In this document: positions 12,301 to 25,900 of the stretch, one piece after another
Position numbering within the stretch: position 1 is the stretch's first letter
How the letters are laid out: every line of letters begins with the position of its first letter
Assembly: GCA_050084515.1 (NCBI GenBank)
Contig: CM114271.1
Coordinates: 14,074,001 to 14,138,000, forward strand
From: Blasia pusilla
Lineage: Eukaryota
Direction of reading: 5' to 3'
DNA length: 64,000 bases
Notes under the pieces: model-generated
What the model saw: only the letters and a program-made list of their open reading frames with translations
What the model was told of the DNA's origin: nothing
The model's database searches: none
Translations under genes and position numbers: made by a program

Positions 12301-15300
12301 TCGTCACCTGAGGTCTTCTAGCATATATTGGAGCAACTCAATTTATAGGTCTTTGGTGACCATACATGCAGTCCCTATGGTATTGAACCACACAATTATT
12401 TGTCTTTTGAGGATTGACTATAGAGAGCCTGTATAAGGTTTTGGTTGCTGCGGATGCTATCATAAGAGTTAAAAATTCATCAGGAGTTTTTCTGCACATT
12501 GCACACGTGGTTGAATCTCACTCCAGTCACCCTTCGTGCAGGTGGTGGCAAAGGTGACTGCCGACAATATGGTCTTTTTGATGAAGGTGTTCTAAATTGT
12601 ATGCATTCTTTTAGCAAGCAACATCCCTTCTGACTTCATCTAATACAAGAGTTTTGCCATTATATAGACGTAGGTGGTGTGGTGTGGCTGTTGGAAAGAA
12701 CATCAGATTCATGAAGCAATTTAATGTTAAAACGCTTGAATCTGAGTAAATAAGAGATGCACAGGGTGCGAAGTCTATATCAGCTCACTAAATAAAAAAA
12801 TTATGTACACTCCAATGACGAGAAGGAGTTCAACTGAGGTGTCTCTGTCATTCCTATGCCTGGCTGATTCAATTACCGTTCCATGTGCAAAGAGGATATG
12901 GAACATGAGAAAATTGTTTGTTACTGAAGCTCCTTAATAGAAAAGAGTAGAAACTTCATGCATTACTGACTTCTTATTATTCAGCTGCACTCTGTGAAGA
13001 GTAGTTCATCTGGAACATATTTTATCACATTGAGTTGGCTACTTTAATACGGTAATCCCGTGTGTGCAGCTAAAGCACAGTGAGTTGGCGCTTACCTCAG
13101 CACAAGGAAGATTATCAGAGATGCAGAAAGAAGTAATTCAATCTCTAACTGCTATTTTATTTGTTGAGGGCTGAAGTCATCTGGAAACTCAATCCAGGAC
13201 AAAGCAATAAGTGATCACACGCCTTTCCTGTCAATTATGTACAATGCAACAGATGTCTCTTGGAGCCAGCCCAAAACTTGCAAATATACAAGAAGTGATG
13301 TTGCTTTTGCATGTCTCTGGCATTTAGATTGAAACTTGTAGGGGACGGTGGCTTGAAGAAGCATCTAGTGAGATTCAAGAGATTGTTTTGAGTAGCTTGA
13401 ACAAGGTAAATTATCCGATCCCAGATTTCAAGATGTGCATCTCTCAAGATGGTTCCGTTGTTTGCTTCCCATGTTTTAGAAAGAAATGACTCAAAGCGTA
13501 GCCCATGTTGAAATTTGTTAATATCTAGTTTAGTCATGCCCTAAAAGTAGTTAGTCAGATACTAACTTAGTTGGATACTAATTTAGTTAGCTAGAGATAA
13601 CTTAGTGTTCCTCTATCTTTTTAGGGTAACCTTGAATTAGGGCAATTCTCGAGTTAGGGCTAGCCACCATTTGTTATTTAGGGTATGGATCTGTTCAATA
13701 AGATCTAAGGGCCAGAAGTGCTCACCCTCATGTATATAATGTCTCTGTTTAGAGAGCATAAGCTAATTCTACAACATGCACAGTTTTGGTGAGGACTCCT
13801 GAGGCTCTTGGCCTTGCTACAGAGTGATCAGAGAGTAGGAAGAGGAGATTGAGACTAATTATTGTGCTTGCTAGAACTTCACTGGAAGGCAGATTGTTTT
13901 GTCTAGTATGCTGATGGAGATTGTTTGAGGTGAGCCATGTCTGATCTCTGATGACATGTGAGGATCTGTAGTGTGAGTGGAAGGTGTGACTGCGTAAAAT
14001 CCTTCTTAGTATCTCTTAAATAATAAGAAGAGTCACATCATGGTAGGGCTCCGATTTGATAATAGAAATAGAAACTGATTTGTTAATTGTGTACAAGCTG
14101 AAATCATGGATGGACTTTGTACAAGGAGATACTTCTGCTGGTCAATCATTTTCTCGGCCCATACTCGATTACGAATGATCCCTAGTTATTCCAGATTTTA
14201 GTGAGTACACTATATTTTACGACGTGAAAATTTCTTCCCGGGATGGGACCTATGTGGATGTGAGGTTGGATGCCATTCAAGTTACTCTGCGGACATTTGT
14301 GTTCAAATAGGTAGATAGGACGCATCGAGACCAATGACGGGCAGAAGTAGCTTGTCCTAATCGTTGAAGTGGATAATGATTTCACTATATTAGGCTGAAG
14401 ATTGCGAGTCAAGACTACAGTTGCTGCAAAGTCAACAGGATAGGCACGCACAGGAGTGGGAGGAGAAGCTAAAGGCAACAACTGAAAAGCTGTTCCAAGT
14501 TACTTCCAGCAGGGACTGGTTCGAGAGAAACTTAATGGAAGCCACGGACAGGTTCGCGACTCTCCTCCTCCTGCAGTTTCCCTCTAAGTCGTGATGATGT
14601 AGCATATAAAGTTGAGGCGAAGAGGGCAAGTTTTGGATTTGATTGCATTCCAAGTATCGATTGATGTTGATGGTTTCCTCGTATCAACAGTTGTTTGCTG
14701 TTGAATTATTGATACTTGGACGTATTTTTACGTAGGAGTGGTGATGTAAAAGAGATAATTAATTAAACAGTGAACCTTTTAGTGAGATCAAGTCAGAATA
14801 TTTTGCTGTTCATAGAGTGGTTAAGATGTGGATATAGAGTTTGAAATCTATGGAGGACGTGGAGTGAAACTGAGATTTCCACAAGTTATGCTTACGGTAA
14901 GAAATTCGTCTTGGCTAACATATTCATTAACTGTGTTTCCACTACCTCCAGCGCAGGTTTAAGGCCTCCGAAGATGAAAATCTGAGATTGGTGCAGACAC
15001 TTGAAAGTGAGTGTGGTTATCGGCAGCAGGCTGAGGCAGAATCACGAGCTCTGATTAGCACACTCAGGGAAACAAATGACGAGGTAATTTCTCAAGCTTT
15101 GCGGTGCGGGCACAGGCTAGATTTTGAGAATTTAACTCTGACGTGCCTACCGTCTTCATGATTTGGTCTGGTCATTCCACTGGGTCGGCCTTCTTGATTA
15201 TGATGAACATGTTGGATTAATCCTGGTCCTCAGGTTAGGAATAGCCCATATTTAGCTTAGATGTCACTTTGAAAATCTTGATTGCATGAATGTAGAGTAG

Positions 15301-16654
15301 ATTTCGTCAAGCTGAACAAAGCAAACATCGGTATTGAAACCAGGAAGTACAAGACTCCTAGTGGAACACCATGAAAAGGATAATGAAAGAACGTAACGGT
15401 CTTCACTGATATTATTCATTTCGCTAAATCTCAGACGTCGTCTTTCTAATTTGTCTCTATTGAAAAAATGTTGTTGCACTGCAATCACGTAATTCCTTTC
15501 CTATATTCTGGCAGCTTGCTCATGTCAAGTCGGAGCTTGCAGCAGCAATCAAGGACGTTGAGGTGAGTGGGCGCATATTAGCAGACATGCGTAGTTGTCC
15601 CATAACGAGTTTTTAACTTTGTTGGCTGTTGAGATCTTCTCTGTGACATTCTCCCTGATTTTCTTCCACGGAATTGTGGTTTTGGGTTGGTGACAGGCAC
15701 ACAAAAGACTCTTTTCTGAGAAAGATGAGGAGATGGATAAAGTGCGGGCAGACCTTGACCAAGCGAAGGGCGAGCTACAGACGCAGCTCGCTGTAAATGG
15801 GGCACTGATGAAGAAAAAAGAAGCGGTAGAGCAATTATTCACCAAAAAGTGTGCATGAATACGTTCCAGAATAACGTTTGCTAGACTCCTGTTAAACACG
15901 CCATTCTTAGTGTTATATATCGCCTGAAGGCTCTCAAATATCATTCCGATAATGAATCATATAAGGTTAACAACTGCAAAGTCTATGTACAACCTTCACT
16001 ATTTCATAAGGTGATGTTCGGAGCCTCATGCTTACTAAGCCTCATTTCAGGTGGAGTGGGAATTGATGGCGGCTGAGGCCCAGCGAGCTAAACTGCATGA
16101 AAGTCTGCAAGAGAGGTGCAAACCTGACTTCAGTATTTGCCTTTTCTGTCCATTAAGTAGTATTGAAAATGCATTTGACACAAAAATTCCTCAAAGTCAC
16201 TATGTTCCATCTTAGAAAACTTGTAATTGAAATTCAAATTCTCATATGTTGAATTAGTCTTTATGATGGAGCCATCTCAATTTTGTTTGTCATCCTTTCA
16301 AAGTGTAAGAAGATGTATGTTAACCATTCGAAGTGTTGACAGATCCCAAATAATATCTTATGTTAATGGTGTAAAAAGTTAAGTGCTCGAGTGATGGTCA
16401 CTATGTTCTATCTCATTAAAAAAGGGAATCCCAATTGAAAAAAATCTATTTCTTCTTTAGTCAAAAGAGTTACCTTGAGAAGATGTGTGATAACCATTTC
16501 ATGTGAAGACAAATCAATATACTCTCCGATAAATGGATGTCTTGCCTAGCTATTGAAATACCCTCCAACCAGCTCGAACTGAGTCAATCAATTGTTTAGT
16601 TGCAGGTTACAAAAGAGCTATGCAAGAAGTACACCTATGTCCCAAATGGTGTGA
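9359..16654 (+). CDS. Multi-exon coiled-coil protein of unknown function
   Basis: GT-AG bounded exons that join in frame from about 10870 onward (approximate): 10870-10963, 11185-11250, 11384-11500, 11601-11680, 11970-12087, 12542-12586, 13070-13132, 14394-14551, 14957-15083, 15515-15562, 15698-15826, 16051-16115, and a probable last exon 16606-16654 (LQKSYARSTPMSQMV*). E/K/L/Q-rich heptad-like sequence. First exon 9359-9451; exons between 9450 and 10870 are uncertain. Confidence 0.75.
13506..14156 (+). mobile_element. Solo LTR (probably Copia) in an intron of the coiled-coil gene
   Basis: Starts TGTTGAA and ends TTCTCG (sister copy ends TTCTCA). 5-bp TSD GCCCA at 13501-13505 and 14157-14161. 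Highly similar to 31457-32138. Strand is nominal. Confidence 0.9.
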
Positions 16655-17392
16655 CTACATGGAGTTCATCCTCACCTAGATTCATGCCATGAGTAGAGGC
16701 ACTCAACATATTGTTCCAAGAGTGACTGTGATTCTAAGAGAGCGTGATTGGAGGGACAAGATCCAACTACTTTCTTCACTCATATCTTTTTGAGCCTGAG
16801 ATTTTTTTTGCTCTGTTGGATGTTTTTTGAGATGGTGGGACAGGTTTATACCTCCACAAAGACATTGTTCCTCTAGTTGTTGATGATGACACTTTAAAAT
16901 GACAAAAAATGGCAACTTGTGCATCAAAGAGTTTCTAGTGACAATGCATATGAACATTATATTGTAAGAAATCAACTTTTAGTTTTGATGAGTGCCAACG
17001 ACCTACCTCTATTGGCAGCTAGCACACCAGGTTCATAGGACAGATATACCATTTGATGATTCATCGCATGAGTGTCGTGAAATAGATGCCACTTGCTTGT
17101 GAGTATGTTGCCTATATGTGAGTTGCATTCAATTGAGTTGAAACAAGTCTCTATTGAAGGAGGGGTATGTTTCAAAGGGGCCTCGAACGATTATATGAGC
17201 TACTTCAATTAGCTCTGGGTTGCAAACCATATTCCTTATACATGAGAGTTGTTATACGCCTTGCTTAATTTTGTTTAGAATTTTAATGATTCTAGTTCTA
17301 TGACTTTCTTGCATGGTGTTAGACTATGTTTAGCATAGAAGTGGGGCCCCTTCTTGCATACAAGTTAGTATCTGGTGGAGCATAATGAGGAT

Positions 17393-20300
17393 TGTCGTGC
17401 GCATACACATCGCTACACAACCCACATCGCTGGTCACATTTATACACCACACAACATCGATCGTCCCCAATATACGGGTAGATCCATGCATAACCAAATA
17501 GACTCGCTCATATAGATTGGGACCCCATAATCGTCCCTCTAGCTGGCAGTTGAGTTCCCCTAACTCCAGATAGCACACACATATATACTCGACAAGATCC
17601 CATTTCTTACACATATCTAGCACCATCGGTGTCGTCATCCGTGCAACAGTGCCATATTGTAGCAACCCGTAGTGTTGATCCCTCCAAAGAGATCTAACAT
17701 TCTCTACCCTCCTCCAAATATAGATACAACTCCATGCTTGCCTCACGAGCTCATCTGCACTTCACGCATCTCAATGCTCGTTCCCAACAACAATAAAGAA
17801 GCTCTGCACCATGGGAAGAGACATCCATCTTGACATGTCTCTCCGTTGGACTATCCGCTATGGGAATGTCCTCCGCATGTGCTCCTCTCCCCGAACCGTC
17901 CTGATCAACGAACACCACCTATGAATGTTGCCAACGTGGTCACCGTATCCACACGTGTTCGACCACCACTACTACCTACAAAGTGCATCGGTAGATGGCT
18001 CACTCGTCCATCACCTAATCGCCACCCTGGCCCATAAGAAACTCTCATCCCAAAAATCCAGAATAAACCCAAGGGGATACAACACTATACTCCCCACCAA
18101 CACATCATACGACTTTACTGATGTCGTAATCGCCCGAATGCGCACCATCGCACTATCCGACTCATGTTTTGGTTGCAATCTAACCACCAACTCTTGTCGA
18201 GTTATGAACTGTGTGGGTGATATGCCCCCAATAGAGGTATGTATCTGAAAGGGACAACGCTCGATGTCGCCTTTTTGTAATCCCAACGCCAAACACGCCA
18301 CCTTCAAGGGCTACGCTCCCGAATCAAGTAGGACGCGGTGCGGGTGGTACACTGTACATGTGGGACTAACCAAGCAAAAAACTCATGCTCGGTTATCCAA
18401 AAATACCACATCTGGTGTGATCAGGGCTCGCTCTATCGCAGGCCTAGGTGGCATATCTACCAACTTCTCTGCTGCCGCATGCCATGACTCAATGGGGGAC
18501 GTCCCGAGCTCCTGCTCCGAGGGCAAGTCCACCCCCTCAACTACCTCTGAATGAGGAGCTGTCACCTCTCCACGCTCACATAACGGAGTCGGAACACCTC
18601 CGCTAGTCCAACTCCCAACGTCGCCAACTCCATGGCGGAAAACAACGGAGTCTGGCTCACCCTAGTGCCCACCTCCAACAACATGGTCGACACTAGCTCC
18701 TCCCGAATCGGCATAGGAGTGGTCTCTCCAACTCCTCGTGACGTCGACGAACCTGTCCCACCCGTGGGTACTATCGGTCGCCGAGGCACCATCGACGGTG
18801 TATGTAATGCCTCTGATAATATGAACAACCAGGGAACCCTGGCCTGCCGCCCATCGGTCCTCTCCTGTGGTTCAATCTCAACCCCATCTCTTGATGGCTC
18901 GGTTACTCTCCCATCACCATGAGTCACCACCGCAACAACCTTAACCTGAGCCGCACTATACATAAATCCCATCCCCGTAGAATCCTCACCATCATTATGG
19001 TAAGATGTGGAGGCTGACGCCATACTAGCTACTCTGAGCTCCTCGCTTGCCTGCAACTGCATCATCATCATGGCAACAATCCTCTGCTCCAACGGATCAA
19101 TGCGCGTAAGGAGCGCTGCATCGGGTGTACGTCCTCCATCTCTTGTGACTGGTGATGCACTCTTCCATCACGATCATCCACCACTCGATCTCCACCAACT
19201 CTCTTGCCTCCAAGTCCTCTACCTACCTCAGGATGTACCTCCCGGCAAAGATCATAACACCTATCCCTAGTGTGACCATATCGGTGACAATGATCACACT
19301 GCAACTGTGATGGGGCCATCCTCTCTGGCTCCTGAGCAAACGGAGACGCTTGTGGCCCTCTCCCATGTTGTGGGCAGTCCCTCTGTCTATGCGACCCACC
19401 ACACATCCAACAAGCCAACCCTGGTCCCTACTGGGAAACATATGTCAGGACGGGTCGTTGCCTCATCGGCTCATGATACCTGCCTTGCTCTCCGAGCCCA
19501 CCGGCCCATTCTCGTGGTACAAGTGCATGCTAGGGCACTTGTGGGTCTACTCCTACTTGTCGACCAGTTGAATCCTGCGAAAAACCCGTGGTCACTACTT
19601 GCTCCTCACTCATGTTGAGCTCTATCCGCTCAGATAACTCGAAGATCACCTTCAATGTGGACTTCGCGGTGTGAAGCAACATCGCATCTCAAACTCTCCT
19701 CCGTAGCTCCTCATCCAGCACCCCGTACCAATATTGCACTGATTGCGCCTCAGTCACCCATATGTGGCAACGATCAAACGTTGCATGCTTGTGAACGCCT
19801 CCCTCTGACTCTCACCCAATCTCTGCTGAAAATCATGTAGACTCTTTAGCTTGTTGGTCCGCACGCCTTGGTAGCTCCTCCCTAACTATCGGAACAACTC
19901 CACTGTAGGACTGAAACTCCGTGGTCCTCTACCACAAGAGGTCTCTGCCACCCCACCACTCTCACTGCCATCCTCTCCATCTAGTCCCCGGGCTGATGGT
20001 GACGGTCTCTCCGCTCTCACTATACCATCATACGGATCACGACCACTAGTGGACATATACCCTGGAGCTCAATACACCCTCGAGGCATCGATCTGCAGAG
20101 AGTATAGAGATCAGAACCCCATGTAATCATCCATCAGCGGACCCTCCAAGTGTTGGAACAACCCCTTCCATGCCATAAAAGGGTTGAACCGCGTAGGGGT
20201 CCGTATCTCCTCAGAGTCGCACCACGTGTTGAACTCTTGGATGAAATCATCTAAATCTATGTGCCTACTGCACCCGAGAAACGACGCATGCCCCGATGGC

Positions 20301-21240
20301 CCATGTCGTCCATCTCTCCCCATGTATCACTGTCCCCGTCTGGGATCTCGTCACCAGAGCCACTGTCTAGTGATGACAATCCAGCCACGGATAGGAGTCA
20401 AGGTAGTTCCTCACTAGAAACCCCTCAATACCTCACGCTACTCCGTGTCACTCCACTACCACTGCTTGTACTACCCCATTCTCCCGAACCCTGGGAGAAC
20501 GCCGTGATGACAACCCTGTCTCACCCGCTCAAGCACTCAGACTCACCAAGAGTCTCCCACACTCCTCACTAGCGTAGCGACACTAATGGTAATCTCGTGA
20601 AGACATACCCGGCCTCACGCACACTCAACACTTGGGCTCACCATGAGCTTCCCAACTAACTCACCTAAACCACTGACACTCTTGGGTCATACAAGTGACC
20701 CCTACTCGGCGACCGCCGTATATCCACAAACATGCTACACATGCATGGAGACTACACTCGTCACCATCGCTACACCCACCTAGCACTGACTACTACCCGA
20801 TACCCAGCACCCTCAATGACACGAGACAAGTGCAGAAAAAGGGACTCGAATGGGTAACCTGATAATGCCTTCCAACCTACTGCACCGTCAACACTCACTC
20901 CTCCATGTGGTATGGAAACCTCTGCAACAGGACACCCTCCTCTCACACACGTCGAACCGCCCGTCAGCAGCTGTAGACTACCCGTTGGCATCGACACGTG
21001 TGTCTCCATTACTACCCTCGCAAATCCTAGCCACGCCCGAAAAACATTACGTCCCACAAATCTCTCCGCCCAACCCCCAAGCACTGCTCATCTACTCCAA
21101 GTCACGACAAATCCAAGCAAATGCCCAACCATATCCAATGCCCAACCTGGTCGACAAGCTACCATGTTCTGATCCAACCCCGTCGCCCTCCTACCACGTT
21201 CCTCATTCCGACCATGTTCGTCCTACCGCGTAACCCACTT
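17393..21240 (-). mobile_element. Internally deleted, decayed Gypsy-like element: gag, two CCHC knuckles, aspartic protease, 3' LTR end
   Basis: Gag-like IDLDDFIQEFNTWCD (about 20111-20323); CWMCGGSHRQRDC and CDHCHRYGHTRDRC (19068-19418); protease RVLLDSGA (about 18315-18340) and YDVLVG. LTR terminus ...GCGCACGACA at 17393 is the same as the end of solo LTR 59054-59697. No RT or integrase left. Right boundary approximate. Confidence 0.8.
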
Positions 21241-21309
21241 TACTCCGTCTGGTCCTACTACCTAGTACTGTGCCTCTACCACAGTCCTCCTTCCTTCTCA
21301 ACTCCGTCC

Positions 21310-21580
21310 GTTTCCTTGCAGCAGGCTTTTGCTTTTGCGGCGGGCTTAGGCTGTTGGAGACGCCGGCGCTAGAGGCCCACTTAGTAGTAGTCATAGCTCT
21401 CTTGTTGTTGCTGATATTGTCTCTGCTGTTGGTGAGTTTCGTCGTTAGGGGGGGAATGGCCCCTTCTTCCTTTTCTGGTCTTGTTGTGGCCTTCAGGTTT
21501 TGACTCTTTGAGTCCCCCTCTTTTGTACTTCCGATGGGTTTTCCATCACACGTTTTTATCGGAGTGCATCTTTATAATCT
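21310..21580 (+). mobile_element. 5'-truncated copy of the CRE-type non-LTR element (ORF end plus 3' UTR)
   Basis: Aligns with about 25880-26130 (GTTGGAGACGCC...GCTAGAGG.CCACTTAGTA...GCTGATATTGTCTC...CGTTAGGGGGGAA...GATGGGTTT). Confidence 0.85.
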
Positions 21581-21889
21581 TCCTTGCAGTAGCACGCATC
21601 CCTATGCGGCTGTAACTCGCTTCCTACCTTCGTCCAACCCGCTCTCACACGCACGGCTGGCCCTCCCAACTCGGTATTAACTCTTGGCGGGTCCGCTGCC
21701 CTATGCAGCCCCGCTCTCCCAAGTTGTGTGCCTCCCTAGCTCCTTCCGGACCTCAACCCGTCCTAACTACATGGGAGGCCCTGGCCCGCATTAACTCCCT
21801 ATGGGCACGCCGCCCTATGCGGCAAGCCCTCCCTCATTATTCGCTCTCCCTATCAGAAGGAGAAGGAAGGGAGAGCGAACGTCAAAAGT

Positions 21890-22050
21890 GGGGCATAGAG
21901 AACAAAAAAAACCCCTAGGGCCAAAAGCGACCTTGAGGAGAAAGAAGGGGGGCTCCCCCCCTAACGGCCCTAGGGGTTTTTTTCGTTCTCTATGCCCCCT
22001 CGTTTGTATCTAATGGGTTTCCCATCCTATTTTCTATTTATATGTATATC
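21890..22050. repeat. Fold-back structure made of CRE 3' UTR sequence (inverted duplication)
   Basis: About 33-bp arms, 21890-21922 and 21966-21998, with 1 mismatch. The loop is the reverse complement of the CRE stop/3' UTR (compare 26016-26050). 21966-22050 matches the CRE 3' tail at about 26060-26150. Confidence 0.85.
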
Positions 22051-22939
22051 TTGCTGCTGACGACCTCATTCGCGGCGCCTAGTCTCGGCTCACATACGTA
22101 TGCGGTCCCTTAGTGCCTCTCACAGAATCGCCTTATGACGGCCCTTCCCTCGGATCTGAAATGCGAGAGGAGAGGGAAATTGAGGGATTCGACCACACGC
22201 ACCGAAAGTGCCGCACCACTGAAGCCAATCCACCAAAACGCCCCATTTTTGGTGATCGATCCCTACTACAGCTCTTTCACAACTCTTTGAGGATCGCTCA
22301 TATCCTTGGGATTTTTGGAGCAGACGGGAGAGCGCGGCAGAGCTCTACGGGATGGCCGCGTGGATGGGAAGGAGATTGATGGTGGGATGGAGGATGGAGG
22401 GGGGTCGTGTGTTATATCAAAATGGAGATACCGACTTCCTCTACGTTTTGATCCGTAGCGTCAATCTTATAGTGAAGTATTTTTCATTTTATTTTGTTTT
22501 GTAGATTTTTTTTGTTTTAGGGTTTCTCTTGTAGGTATTAGGGTCCTCTTTGTTGTCTCGTTTTGTTGTAATGCTTTGAATGTTTCCAAGACAACTCATG
22601 TTGTTATTCCACACCACCCCTTCTTCTTTTTTTCCTCTATGTCCTTATTCTGTAGCCACACACATTCCTCCTTCACGTTGGACCCATGTTTTTCTCCCTT
22701 ATCCCACTCTATTCCCATCTATTTTTTCCATCTATTCTTTTTCCATATCACTAGTACCTCCATACTATCTCTACATTATTTTGGGAAGGGGTTGGGCCAT
22801 ATGTCATAGTTGAAGATGGTAAATGAGAGTTCATACTAGGGAGAGCATTTCCATGGACGGGAAGAGAGTCGATTACCATTAGGACTAGTTCGAATGGGGG
22901 TTTTGGGGCGGATTTTGGTGGGGTTTGTCTTTCGAGTTT

Positions 22940-25900
22940 GACGGAGGGGGTCATGTTCTCTTCTTGGTGAGAGCTCAAATTCTTCACTCGTTCAGGAATT
23001 CGGAACCATTTAGCGGCTAAACATCCTAACTTTCATAGATTCAGATGGATGGTTCTTCCAGTCGATCATGGATGCTCACCGGTGCTTCATGCATCATCGC
23101 CCCCTCCCGAGGCATGGGAGTGGTTGAGGTCCCACCTTGGCAGCATCACTTGTCTCTTTGAGACCCGTTTTCCCTGTCCGAGGTTGTTTCATAGGATCCC
23201 CCATGCTATTCGGGATGAGCTTCGCCAGTCTTTCCTCCTTCCCTTCTCTAGGATCGCACTTGATCCTATGGATGAGCTCTCGTGGTATCTACTACTTCTC
23301 CTTCCACGATGGTGTCTCCGCTATACTCGAGGAGGGAAGGCTGGCCATAGAGAGGTTGTGGCCTGATTGTGGCGCTTCCGAGGAGGTGATTGGGAGTCTC
23401 TATAGAGCGAGTTCGTGGCATATGCCAGAGGTAGCACTCCACGTGGTTTCCCAGCAGACGATCTTGTAGCTGCCAGATTGCGACGATGTAGGAGACTTGG
23501 GCAAGCCGGGGAGTACTCGCGAGCGGCTCGTGCGCTCCGCTCTATGGATATGGCTCCTCCTTCCGCCGTTACCATCGACGCCCTCCGGAGGCTACACCCT
23601 TGTCTAGTGGTTGACATCCCAACATTTGTACGTGACTTCCATCCTGACACGACCTTATGCCTAGACCCGTCCCTCTTTGCACGGGCACTCGGGCGTTCCC
23701 CTAGGATAGCAGCTGGAGGGTTGTCCGGTATGATGTACGAACACCTTCGTGATTGCTTTCCCTCCGAGGACTCTGCTAGCGGCTTTTCCGAGTTGCTTCA
23801 GGTTGCCTCTCACCTAGCTCAGGGGAGAGTGCCAACAGCAGTAGCCCAGGTATTGGGGGCGGGGCGACTTTTGGCGTTATCGAAGGAGGGTGGAGGGATC
23901 CGTCCAATTGCCATAGGGGAGGTGCTCTTGCGGTTGGTGAGTCGCACTATCGCTTTGCAGTTCCGTGAGGCTTTCCAGTCACATCTAGGTCCGCACCAGT
24001 TCGGAGTGGCCACGCCATCCGGTTGTGAGGCTGTAGCCTTAGGTTTGAGGGCTTATTTAGATATCCATCTCGAGTGGGTGGTTCTCCAAGTTGATGTGGA
24101 GAACGCCTTTAACTCAGTGTCTCGGGCAGCTATCTTCACGGAGCTGAGAGATGCAAGGGGTCCCATAGGGAGCCTGATTCCCTTCGTGCATGCTTTGTAT
24201 GGGGCCCCCTCGGCTCTCTATTTTCACCACGGTAGGCTCGAGGAGGAGGAGGTCACGGTCTTGGAGTCTGCTACCGGGATACGTCAGGGTGATCCCTTGG
24301 GTGGTGCATTGTTTGCTTTGGCTCCTTATCGAGCGGTTCTTTCTACGGTGGAGTCTTTCCCGAGTTGCATTTTCCCTTTGTTGGCAAATGATACTCACAT
24401 TGTCGGCCCTGGAGACTTGGTTGTTCCTGCATTTCAGCACTTTTCAGCAGAGTTGGCACACGTCGGCCTCGCGGTGAAAGTGGGAAAGTGCAAGGCTTGG
24501 TCTTCATTAGGCTTGTCCGCAGATATTCATTTACCCGACGGTTTTTTTACACCTGCTGGAGGGCTTTGCGTCTTGGGAGTCCCACTGGGGAGCCACGACT
24601 TTGTATCGAGTTTTGTGGCGGCGGCTCTTACCAAGGATCTTCTTCATGTCGACGATCTCACGAGGATTGGTGACCCTCAAGTAGTTTATGGAATCCTCTC
24701 GTCATGTTTTGCCCGTAGACCTGGTTATTTGTGTAGAACCGTGTGGGCGACTAGCCATATTTCTTCATTGTATAGATCCTTTGATAGAAAGATTATGCAG
24801 GCATTTGGGGATCTTTTAGGACCCGGCTCATTAGAGTGCCCCGCAGGGGAGTTAGCTCGTAGACAGGCTTCTTGGACGATTGCCTTTGGTGGAGTAGGTC
24901 TCATAGCGACTGAGTTAGTGGCGTCTTCAGCCTTTTTAGGGAGTTGGGCCAGTGTAACACCCCTCCTTTGCTCCCGATTTTTGGTTAGGGATAGACCGCT
25001 ACTTTTACAGTACGTTTCCTAGGTTGAGGATGGTCTTTTCCCACTTCAGTCTTCACTCATAGCTTGTAGAGACTCCCTTCTTGTTGAGGCTAGAGCAGTT
25101 CTTCCCGCTTTCTCTTCCCTAGTTACCTCCGGACAGTCTGGGCTCCAATCTTCTTTGATGGAAGCCCACTTTGATGCATTGTTTAGAGCTACTATGTTGG
25201 ACCGGAATATCCCCATGGAGGTTCAGGCCCGTATTCGCTCTTGCTCCGGAAAGGGGGCAGGCTCATGGGTGGGGGCTTGTCCCCTCATCCCGGATTTCCG
25301 CATCGCACCACTTACCTACACTACAGCGATGAGGTTCCGACTGGGCCTGCCCCAACCAACAGTGGTTGGTTCAACACATTGCAAGTGTTGCCAGAGTTTG
25401 GATCCACTTGGTGTGCATTTGGCACGGTGTCCAGTTGAGGGTGAGAGGATAGCCACTCACGATGCAGTGCGGGATATTATAATCTCTATTGCTTGGGAGA
25501 GTGGATTCCATGTACAAAGAGAGAGGCACTACTCCATGCAGGATTCCCTTATCCGTGCTGATCTCTACATGACGAGGGAGTCTGACGTGGTGGTAGCGGA
25601 TGTTGTAGTGACGGATCCTACACAGGAGGCAGTGCAAGCCCAAGTGGTAGCACAAGGGAGATTGCTACAAGGAGCGGTGGCGGCGGCGGTCAAGAAGACC
25701 CACATTTATAGTCGACTTCATGACGGACATCGATTTATCCCCCTAGCCATTGAGATGTACGGGGCGATGGGGGAGAGGTTTGACTCGTTCCTTACGGATT
25801 GCGCCCATCATCTCTAGTCGAGAAATGGGTTGTCCTTAGCCACTGCGATACTTTATTGTAGGCAACGGGTCTCCATAGCTTTGCAGCGCGCCCAGGAAAA

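Noticed and set aside
14033-14052. CATCA|TGGTAGGGCTC inside the solo LTRs as a PBS marking an internal LTR end
   Set aside because: Poor match to tRNA-iMet; the TSD and TG...CA termini place the element end at 14156.
16690-17300. Short ORFs as transposase or gene remnants (also 29150-30200)
   Set aside because: No recognisable motif; probably old repeat debris that cannot be classified by eye.
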